From NCBI RefSeq assembly GCF_001194135.2, contig NC_069005.1:752521-816520 (forward strand): a stretch of 64,000 bases of DNA, written 5' to 3'. The position numbers were made by a program, and so were the translations under genes. The DNA is from Octopus bimaculoides (Eukaryota). The notes beneath the pieces are model-generated. The model had not been told where the DNA came from. It ran no database searches and worked only from the letters and a program-made list of their open reading frames with translations. How positions within the stretch are numbered: position 1 is the first letter of the stretch; each line of letters starts with the position of its first letter. Positions 1-10,400 of the stretch are shown here, piece by piece.

Positions 1-449
1 TGTGCCAAGGGTTGAAAGGCTGAAATGGGATAGAGAGGAGCAAGGGCAAGTGTGTTGGGAGGGCTAGAGGGGAGAGAGCTTATCTATTTATATCATAGAT
101 TTGCATTAAGCTTATGTAAAACTGAATTCTGGTCTTTGCAATGGTAAATATTGATTTGTTGCTTCTGTCAAAGTGTCAGGATTGATGAGAAAAAAAAATT
201 CCTCAAAAGAATTAACATCTTCTCTAATTAAAAAAAAACAAGAAGAAAGAAAGAAAAATAAATCAATCATCATCATCATCAATTTAACATCCATTTTTCT
301 GTGTTTGCATGAATTGGACAGTGTTTAAAACAGCATAGAAAGCTGACACTGAATGATAATGATGATGATGACAACAGCAGGCTTCTTTCAGTTTCCTACT
401 TACAAGTCCTCTCTCCAAACCTCCATCATTTCATGCAAAAACATTTTAC

Positions 450-681
450 CTTCTGAATATCTTTCACGGTAATCATCTTTAAGCAAGACACTTCGTATGA
501 CAACTCAGCATTGTGGTTGGCAACATGGTTAAGGATGTCTGCCACAGGAACCATCATGGGGGGTGCAGTGACTTGGTCCTCATCGGAGCTGTCGAGCATA
601 GGGTTGGTGGGTTCCATGAAGCTATAAGCCATCACAAATGCCACCATCTTGTGATAGAACTTCAAGCTTTGACATTTGGGC
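450..681 (-). CDS. SETD6: SETD6 internal exon (SET active-site region)
   Basis: tag|G CCC...CAG AAG|GTAAAA; MAYSF and [10 protein letters not shown] motifs. Confidence 0.92.
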
Positions 682-2484
682 CTACATTAACGAATAAATC
701 AAATAAATTAATGAAATGCAGAAGAAACAGGCTCAATGCCTGTGAAGATGTTGGACACGTGTTCAAAACAAACTTGACTCCAAATAAGTTGGGAGAAAGA
801 TAAACTGAAATCTGTACATACACCGGAATTCATAAAAAAAGAAAATCCTAATTAAATAACAAAATTTCTTAGCAATTTAACGATTCCAACACCAATCTAC
901 TAAGACCACCCTCGGTTCAATGCTACAAACTTTCTGCTTCAAAGTAATTTAAATTAAAACTTTCCACTAAAATTTCATGTTGATTTATGGCCCAAACGTT
1001 AGCTTAATAATGACAAATTACTAAATTCAACATTATTTTCAAAATTAATCAGGAAAAAAAGGCAGAGGATTTGTTTATGCATGTGTGTGTGTGGTTTTTT
1101 TTTTGGGGGGGGGGGNNNNNNNNNNNNNNNNNNNNNNNNNNNGGGGGTATGTTTGTACGTGTGTTGTGTACATGTGTAGGTTTGCACTGATCTAAAAAAA
1201 CGCCCAGTGTTATTGCTTATATTGTTTCTCTATAAATCTCAAAGCTAAGAGTTTTAAGCATAAACAAAGTGGTGCTCCAGTATGGCCACAGTGCAATGAC
1301 TGAAATTAGTAGAAGAACCAAAAGGATAACCTACGCGAAAACATCCGGGTGTTTCTTCACAAAAGGCAAAATGACATTGTTGAAATCGGAATTGATTGAT
1401 TCCAAGTCTGACTCCACCAATTTTTTGATGTCTGTTCCTTGTAGTAATTCTGTCCGATTGGTCCTTGAGAAGAGAAATCAATAACAGATTAAGAAATATT
1501 GAAAAATGTGCAGAAAAAATATTAAAAGTTTTAAAGAACAACAAAAAAATACATGGATTTCAATAAAATACAAAGAACAACTTGTTTTGGTAAATGCTAT
1601 TTTCAAAAACTCTGAGAATGTATAAAATTGGTTATTTTACTGAAGTTAAACCAAGGCTAACATGAGTACCGCCTGACTGGCCCTCATGCCAGTGGCATGT
1701 AAAAGCACCCACTACACTATCGGAGTGGTTGGCGTTAGGAAGGGCATCAAGCTGTAGAAACATTACCAAATCAGATTGGAGCCTGGTGCAGCCTTCTGGT
1801 TCGCCAGTCCTCAGTCAAACCGTCCAACTCATGCCAGCATGGAAAGTGGACGTTAAACGATGATGATGATGATGATGATATTTATTTTTTTATCCCCTGA
1901 AATTAACCATTGTAGAGTTGCTATGTTTTTGTCTACTTACTCTGACCAAAAGAGTGGCAGTTCTAAATGCTTGAAGTCAGGAACAAGATTAAAGTAAGGC
2001 CTCCACTTTGAGTTCGGGTTGTTATACTCGTGTAAAATGCTGAGTAAGAGTGTGATCCAACCCTTGTCACTTTTGGTATCTGACAAATCAACTGGAGAAG
2101 ATAAAAACAAAAAAACAGTGAATGAAAGCCACAACACTGCAAAACAACAGTTACAGAGAAAGTCAACATTAGGTCAGGGTAATGTCCGAGAAAGCTTGAC
2201 CAGGTGAGGATGAGGCAGGGTAGGCTTGCTGATGAGATCAAATCTTACTACTACTACTACTACTGCTACTGTCGCAGCATGGGACCCTGAAGATTGCTAA
2301 AATGCAAGAAAGTATACTAGTCCCTTAATACTCAATACTTAATATTTCATTTATTCAATAAGACAATCAATACTTCATTTCATTTTACTATTTATACTAT
2401 ATATATTATATATTCTATATCCTACATTAATATTATAAGAATAAAAATGAAACACAAAAAACAGACAGATTTGGAATTCCTTTG

Positions 2485-2517
<33 letters not shown>

Positions 2518-4129
2518 NNNNNNNNNNNNNNNNNNNNNNNNNNNNNNNNNNNNNNNNNNNNNNNNNNNNNNNNNNNNNNNNNNNNNNNNNNNNNNNNNNN
2601 NNNNNNNNNNNNNNNNNNNNNNNNNNNNNNNNNNNNNNNNNNNNNNNNNNNNNNNNNNNNNNNNNNNNNNNNNNNNNNNNNNNNNNNNNNNNNNNNNNNN
2701 NNNNNNNNNNNNNNNNNNNNNNNNNNNNNNNNNNNNNNNNNNNNNNNNNNNNNNNNNNNNNNNNNNNNNNNNNNNNNNNNNNNNNNNNNNNNNNNNNNNN
2801 NNNNNNNNNNNNNNNNNNNNNNNNNNNNNNNNNNNNNNNNNNNNNNNNNNNNNNNNNNNNNNNNNNNNNNNNNNNNNNNNNNNNNNNNNNNNNNNNNNNN
2901 NNNNNNNNNNNNNNNNNNNNNNNNNNNNNNNNNNNNNNNNNNNNNNNNNNNNNNNNNNNNNNNNNNNNNNNNNNNNNNNNNNNNNNNNNNNNNNNNNNNN
3001 NNNNNNNNNNNNNNNNNNNNNNNNNNNNNNNNNNNNNNNNNNNNNNNNNNNNNNNNNNNNNNNNNNNNNNNNNNNNNNNNNNNNNNNNNNNNNNNNNNNN
3101 NNNNNNNNNNNNNNNNNNNNNNNNNNNNNNNNNNNNNNNNNNNNNNNNNNNNNNNNNNNNNNNNNNNNNNNNNNNNNNNNNNNNNNNNNNNNNNNNNNNN
3201 NNNNNNNNNNNNNNNNNNNNNNNNNNNNNNNNNNNNNNNNNNNNNNNNNNNNNNNNNNNNNNNNNNNNNNNNNNNNNNNNNNNNNNNNNNNNNNNNNNNN
3301 NNNNNNNNNNNNNNNNNNNNNNNNNNNNNNNNNNNNNNNNNNNNNNNNNNNNNNNNNNNNNNNNNNNNNNNNNNNNNNNNNNNNNNNNNNNNNNNNNNNN
3401 NNNNNNNNNNNNNNNNNNNNNGGGGGGGGGGGACTCGGAACATTCACATGGTCAGTCCATGGCCTCTAAACTATAGTGTTTGACCCGGTGACAAATTTTT
3501 TTAAAAAATTAGTCTAATGGGTGTAAAACAACTTGCTGGGAACGAATACTACTCGACATTATAAAAATATAACCACTTGAATTCTCTTCTAGAATGTGTT
3601 TTTGATTTTCTGACTTATGGATAGCTGACCGATAACATGTGTGATAATGAATAAACATGCTTTCATTTAAAAACATTCAGTGAATGATTAATTCTTGTAT
3701 TTTAACCGGTTCCTCGATCCATTTCCCGTCTGTTTCCTCACCACACACGGGTTAGAACAAAATAGTAAGCAGTTTTATTTCCGCCCCCTTTCATTGTGTG
3801 TATTATATAGAGCAGAGTCGAAAGAGATATTAAAAAATAAAAGCATGTTAAACATTGAAAGGAAATCGATAAACAGGACCGGAGAAAACAAATAACAAAC
3901 ATATATGGCATGGGTGTGTATACATAGAGACAGCCACAGGTAGACAAGTAAATGTGTGTGTTATATTTCGTAGACATACCTTTGGATTAAGATTGAAATT
4001 GGATTTACAACACCATTCTGTAAATGCGTTCACAGTTTGGTCTTCTAATAAAGGACGTTTCGAAATGGAACAACCCGCGCTGTTATCACATATCAGCGAA
4101 CTGCAAACACGTTTTCGGTTGCTCTCCAT
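450..4129 (-). CDS. SETD6: N-lysine methyltransferase SETD6 (5' partial gene; continues beyond left edge)
   Basis: Exons 4129-3980 (MESNRKRV...NFNLNPK), one exon probably hidden in gap ~2518-3421, 2091-1941 ([29 protein letters not shown]...LFWSE), 1463-1335 ([12 protein letters not shown]...[12 protein letters not shown]), 681-450 ([14 protein letters not shown]...[21 protein letters not shown]...). These match Rubisco-LSMT/SETD6 motifs (MVPxADILNH); GT-AG and phases are consistent for the last three exons. Confidence 0.9.
1335..1463 (-). CDS. SETD6: SETD6 internal exon
   Basis: caag|G ACC...TTC GC|GTAGGT; [38 protein letters not shown]. Confidence 0.9.
1664..1877 (+). mobile_element. RTE-type LINE 3' end (5'-truncated) with (GAT)n tail
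   Basis: ...catgccagcatggaaagtggacgttaaacga(tga)n; same tail as the ORF-bearing copies at 57412-58510 and 62855-63662. Confidence 0.8.
1941..2091 (-). CDS. SETD6: SETD6 internal exon
   Basis: ccag|TT GAT...TCA GA|GTAAGT; [13 protein letters not shown]...SKWRPYF. Confidence 0.9.
2281..2324 (+). ncRNA. Minimal type I hammerhead ribozyme motif (core intact)
   Basis: GGGAC-C-CTGAAGA-TTGC(TAAAAT)GCAA-GAAA-G(TATA)C-TA^GTCCC: 5-bp stem I, 4-bp stem II, 2-bp stem III within palindrome AGTATACT, CUA cleavage triplet; one extra C before the core. Confidence 0.75.
3980..4129 (-). CDS. SETD6: SETD6 coding exon 1
   Basis: ATG at 4129, 50 codons ending LNPK|GTATGT; CpG-rich surroundings. Confidence 0.8.
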
Positions 4130-4399
4130 TTTTTGTGTGTCTCTCGCACAATCCAAGGGAAGACCACTCTAATTGCTTTCCCCACGTGCACTTTCTTTTT
4201 AAATTAACCGCCTTGTTATACTTTCTACTATCCCTGTCGTCTCTTTGGGTTGATTACGTTCGCTGATCAAGGTGTCTGTACGCTTGCACTATAATTCAAG
4301 CATCGGTCTGTTCTCCCAAGTCATAAAATACTACATTATTTATTGTAGCAATTATGGGTCTACATAGCCTCGACTATGCCACCACGAACGTACTGACAA

Positions 4400-5400
4400 C
4401 CTCCATCGAACGGCTTGCCTTCGATTTAACTCGACAAAACCAAAACATTATAATTATATATATTATTCCACTGCGAGGACGCTACTGGAGAAAATCATCG
4501 GCCTCATTACTCGAATGAAATGGAAGGCCTTCTTCTACAAGCACCCACGGATTTCGAGCATTTCCGAATTAATTCAAAAAAATTCACGACTCGGATCAAA
4601 GACCGAGAAAGCTTCGAATCGGACTTCTTAGACTTGATACCAAAGCTGAGATTTTGAAAGTCCTCTAATCCTTTCTACCGTAAGCTTAGATGGAATATAT
4701 GTAGACTAAAAGTAATTCTGATAAGACTTTGCTCTTATAGGGATACAAAACGTGGCCTATGAACGGCTACTACAGGATTGTGTTACACAGAATTACTGGA
4801 GGACAACCGCTTCCTGCCTATGATGACATTAACAATGAAGCCAAGCAGATTTGGAAATTAAGGATTAGATAGAGAATTTGGTTGAGAGGAATACTTTACC
4901 ATGTTTACAGATCACAAACTGAATTTTCGCCGCCAACCTCAAGAGCCCGTTTTAGTGATTAATCAGAGCTCGGTTTAGTGAGCAAACATCTACTCTGGAG
5001 AATTAACGATGATCTAAAAAGAGCTTCCCACTTCTTTCTATAGCGCAACACCTGTGAACTCATCTCATGGATCAACGAAAACCGCAGTAGGGAAAGAGCA
5101 TAAGGTTCATCCCAATTCAATATTGTGGACATCCATATCGAAGAACTGTTGTATAAGGCTTGACTTTGCCGAGAACCATGCGGACTATAGTGTCCGGGGC
5201 ATAAATTATGCCACGAAAATCATGCTTTTAGACACGACATCCACCACAGTTACATGTGATCAATGCAATGGTTCTGCGTGACTAATGAGTTGCAGAGAAA
5301 AAGAAAGCAAAAAAAAAAAAATGGAAAATGGTGGCGTTGTTCCTGTGGATTCACTTGGACTATACGAGTCAATTCCCTTTTTGAGAAGAGCCATTTGACA
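4400..5400 (+). mobile_element. Decayed Penelope-like retroelement RT pseudogene
   Basis: LLEKIIGLITRMKWKAFFY (4482-4544), ESFESDFLDLIPKLRF, DDINNEAKQI, TDHK, SELGLVSKHLLWRIN (4963-5007), SQFNIVDI.IEELLYKA; colinear with PLE RT motifs as I recall them; many stops and frameshifts. Confidence 0.75.
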
Positions 5401-5849
5401 CCAAATGTCTTTGTCCTTTGTCTTGCCATCTCACATAACGGTTGTAAATGAGCATCACCATCGTACAAGCAGTGTTGTTTGTTTCCAGTCTTTCACGAAA
5501 TGCAATGACTGGCCATGGAGAAATATTAGCAACACGGAGGGCGTCCAGCCATAGACAATTTGCCTTATTAAAATCCATCTGACCCATATAAGCATGGAAA
5601 AGTGGACAGTAAAACAAGGATAAAGTCTACATTTCTACAAAATGGTAATTCCAACAAGATTCAGTGGAGACTGAATACAAACCAACTTCAGACACAGAAA
5701 TTGCAACACATTTGTCAAAACTGCAAAATGAGATTTTAGTGAAATACTTGTTGCTGCTGATGGGTCAGTTTCTGAAATTGATGCATCAACTGATTCTGGA
5801 GGTGCATGTCCAAATTGCACTCATAATTGAATGCAGTCTTGTTTTTAAG

Positions 5850-6400
5850 AGCAATTCATTATGTCTCCATAGCAGAAAAGATCTCCCACACACTCAGCAT
5901 CTTCTGCAGTTAAAAGCAAGCATACTCTTATCCGGAGACAGTTAAGCAGTGACACTGAAAACTTCAAGTTAATGCAGCCAGCAGTGCAGCTCACCAATAA
6001 CTTGAATGTGAAGCTTGCCACAAATAAGATGCAACCAGGCAGCTGGAGATGCCTGAACCATAGGCTCACGTTCAACAAAATGCTAATAGATAGGCCATGG
6101 AGGGACACCATTAAATCACACAACTGAAAGACAAGCAGAAAATTCAAAGTGCAAGTCCACATTTGTGCAATGGAAGAGAAGTAGCTTCAAATATGATCCT
6201 GGACACAAACATGCTTCTGTAAAGATAATTTTTTTTATTGGCACCATGCTGAAAATCTGTGACAAGTGATTGGTCAAGAAATGGAAACAAGAGGCAACTG
6301 CAAAGTGTTGATCCAATGGAAAAGGTTATCTAACTGATGTTGATTCACTAGAGTCCACAAAACAGCTTTTTACTGCCTTACTTGCATGGTCCAGAGGAAT
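5850..6400 (+). mobile_element. Possible decayed Helitron Rep/helicase N-terminal fragment
   Basis: LKICDK*LVKKWKQEATAKC*SNGK resembles the Helitron Zn motif C..C.A.KW..E....CC..GK; preceded by an R/E/Q-rich stretch; interrupted by stops. Confidence 0.4.
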
Positions 6401-7354
6401 TTATTGAAGCTTTGGTCAGCTTGGAACTGTTGTAGAAGTGAAGACACTGGTCAAAGGTGTTGTGCAGCAGACTGAATCCAGTAATACATATGTGTGTGTG
6501 TGTGCGTGTAATGTTTCACAGCTTTGCTTGAGAGATATGGTGTTTACTTTCTTTGTTGGACATCAAGATCAATGATTCAAGGCTTTTAAAGACCTGTGGC
6601 ATAAGAAATCACTTCCTTCAATAAACAGTTTAGAGTTGGCAACTGGAAGAGCATCAGACCCCTGCCTCAATTATGTCCCCTGTCCAGCCCATGCTTAACA
6701 GAAGGGACAAACAGTAAAAAATTAAGAAAAATCACTGCATTTTATTTCCATTTGTAAACAGTAACAACTGAAATATTAACGTAATTTAAAAGTTAAGTCG
6801 ATGTAGAGTTTAGATATCGTTAAAAATTTATAAATTTGGTTAAGTTACATAAAGTGAAATCTCGTTCTGAATTATATAGCCACCCCCACCCTACACACAT
6901 GCATCTTCAGTCAGGACTCTGAAAGCCAGAAACGAACCAGGTTTCCATAGTTACATAAGTGACTTAGATCACACTAGTCCTTCCTGAATGAGACACTGGT
7001 TTGTCACACAGTTAACCCCCCCCCCCCAGCTGTCAGAGGGTTATCCATTAACAGGTGAGAAGAGATGTTAAATAAAGTGCTTTTAGTCAAGAACCCAATG
7101 CATCATTTGGTCTGGAAATTGAAACCATGGTCTACCGATTATGACCACAACACCTTAATCCCTTGGCTTTCACCTTCATACATTTTCACACACACACACA
7201 CACATTCTTTCTCTGACTATAAGGAATCCGAATATTATTTTAGATGTAAAACATATTATCATAATATATATCATCGTGTATATTACATGGCTTCTGTCCA
7301 ATCAATGATATAAAAATAAATTTAATATCGAATTATTTCCGTTAATTCAAGGCT

Positions 7355-7453
7355 TTAATGTCCAGCGACATTAACTGTTTTTGCAAATCCAATCGACTGC
7401 AGAGCTTCCCTGATGGCATTGTACACATTTGGATCTTCAATTGTGGGTGGAAT
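7355..7453 (-). CDS. ACSS3: ACSS3 exon 17 (terminal)
   Basis: [35 protein letters not shown]. Confidence 0.93.
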   Translation of the reverse strand: MPPTIEDPNVYNAIREALQSIGFAKTVNVAGH

Positions 7454-10400
7454 CTGGAAAAGGAAAGGGGGGAAAAAAGCAGAAATAAGATAAACTTATG
7501 ATGATATTCTTGAAATTTTGTAAGGTTTCAGGATCCCAACTTTTAACCATTTTGTTATAATGCCAGCACAGCTGTGTAATAAAGGAGTTAAAAAAGTTTG
7601 ACCCTTTAAGATTCAGATTATTGTATCAAGTGTAATGCTTATTTATTTGTATTGTTTCAAATTAATTCTACATTATCTCATAGCTTTCGGTGATGTGGTT
7701 GTTTATTTTTAGAATGACATTGTGAGGTAGGTGTGAGAGGCTGGATGTGGCCGGTTTGAACATAAAACAGGTGAAATATTTTAGGCTGGATGTGGCTGGT
7801 TTAAATGCTAAAGGGTTAAAAGAAAGGTACTTTGGACCCTGAGCTGAGTGGATTTGGTCCGTATATGTCATATATGAATCCTGTCATAAATGTGTGTGGT
7901 TTTGTGTCTCTTTGCCTTGACATTGGGTGACAGGTGTAAACGAGTATCTTTCATCTTCAGTCTTCCATGGAAAAAATTGCTCACCCACGAGAACGTTGAT
8001 GATGATGATGATGAATGGTCATCATAATGCATTTTGAATAAACTTTTGGGACTTGTGAATGTTGACATTATAAGCAGCAGTTTGGGAAAGACAAAAGAAC
8101 CAAGGTCAACACTAGGACTTGGTCCGTATTTCCATTGTCTAGCAAGTGGTGGATACAAGGTTGGCATTAATGCCACTGAACCAACTTCACTTTCCAGTGC
8201 TTCATTGTCATCGTTTCAGTGTCCACTTTTCTTTCCATTCTTGCAGGAGTCAAACAGAATTTGTTGAGACCGATTCTCTACAGCCAGATGACCTTTATGA
8301 TGGTGCCACCTAGTGGGGTGGGGGTGGGGGTGAGCCCCAAACTGTGTGACTGGGAAGCAAACTTATTCAGCAGAGAGGGAGAAAATATGATTATGCTTAG
8401 CAAAAGGAGTTTAGTTTATAATTCTCAACTGGAAAACAAATATCATTTTCAGAGATTCTGGCTGTCTTGTGGGGCCAGTTATGCAGTCTCCATAGCATGA
8501 CTGAGACAACAGGATCCCAGTCCATCCCAGGATTTCTCATTTAAAGTAAAATGGACAGGAGCAACATGAAACAAAGTGTTTTTTCCTCAAGAACACAACA
8601 CTCTGCCCAGGCTGGGAATTGAACCCACAATCTTAGAATTGTGAGTGCAATACTCTAACCACTAGAATACGTGCTTCTGCATCTGTTCCTTAGAGATTTT
8701 AGTTCTTTTATCTGCAACCGTTGATTCTTACCTTAAATTCCTTTCCAGCTGCCAAAGCTGCGATTGTGTTGCGAGCAGTTTTTCCTGATCTGGTTTTCGG
8801 TAATGCTGGCACTATAACCGCTTGTTTAAAATAAGCAACTGGACCGATACTCTCTCGCACAATTTGTATAACGTCTTCTATAATTTCATTTGTATTCTTG
8901 GTCAAACCTGAAATTTCAAAACAAACAAAATCTCTCTAATTTAAAATGAATTAATTACTAAACATCGAGGTGTGTGTAGGGTGGGCATACATAAATCAAT
9001 ATCATAGTTTTATATGATTTGTATCAAAATCTTAGCCATAAATGTTCTCGATATAGCATCATCATCATCATCATAACCATCATCTAAAAGCCACTTTTCC
9101 ATGCTTGCATGGGTCAGGCAGAATTTTTTACACCAGACTCCCTTTCTGTCACAAACATTTATTTCCAAGAAAAGTAATATTTCCTCCACATTGCTTCTAT
9201 GATGGTCATGCATATTTATAACCATCACATGATGTCAAGACAAGGGTACACACACACACAACAGGCTTCTTTCACTCACCAAATCCACTCACAAAGCAAT
9301 TTTCTGACAAAAACGAAAAGAAGATGGGAAGGCCATGGCTGGAATACTGACTGATCACCAACCAAAATAACTCTTCTTACCACCACCAAGAGACTAATAA
9401 CACTTCAATAATGAGTCACAATCTAACAAAGTCAATATTCTCACAGAACCAGATCGGAAGAGCGNNNNNNNNNNNNNCCCCCCCCCCCCACACACACATC
9501 AGAGGCTCAACAAAAGCTCAAAATCGAAGTTCACCACTTCTTACCTGATTTCAGGACACACAATCCTAAGGGCACTTGACCTTTCAGGTCATCAGGGACA
9601 CCAATAACAACCGCATCAGCCACAGCACTATTTTGCATAATTGCCTGCAAATGAAATTCAGATTTAAACTATATTTTACAAAAACTAACTCTTGTAAACG
9701 CATTTATGGGTGTGTTTGTATGAGTGTATATTCATGTCTACAGGTTTATACACATAAGGGGATATATAAAAATATATATATAAATATATATACATATAAA
9801 ATATATATTATATATGAAAACATCTAATATATAAACTTCATCTTCTGACATCAAGGTTTATCTGTCTTTTTATCTATATCTATCTATCCATCTATGTCTG
9901 TCTATCTATCTACCTCTGTTTGTCTATCTATCTATCTATCAATCTACCTGTCAATCAAGGTAGCTAATACGTATTCGTTTGTCTATCTCATTCTCTGTAC
10001 ACAATTCCAGTTCTACCTACCTACCTAAACACCCACCTACCTACCTACCATCTATTTATCTGTTTATGTCACAAACTAAAGAGTTCCGCTTGAACTATGC
10101 ATATATCTAGTTACCCCNNNNNNNNNNNNNNNNNNNNNNNNNNNNNNNNNNNNNNNNNNNNNNNNNNNNNNNNNNNNNNNNNNNNNNCTACCTCCCAATA
10201 AAACTTTACTTTCTTCTCACCCCAACCCCTTACCTACCTACAAATCAAACTTTCAATCCAAGTACTTCTTCTTAACCTTCATTGACAGTGAAGAGGTTGT
10301 TACCAGGAATGATCAAGTAAAAAAAAACAAAGCTTAAAACCGATGGCGTTCTTACCTCTTCCAAAGCACCTGTTGAGAGTCGATGCCCTGCCACATTGAT

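Noticed and set aside
2100-3979. The missing SETD6 exon (expected between LNPK and DLSDTK)
   Set aside because: No matching frame found in the sequenced parts of this interval; it most likely lies in the N gap ~2518-3421, so I do not read this as exon loss.
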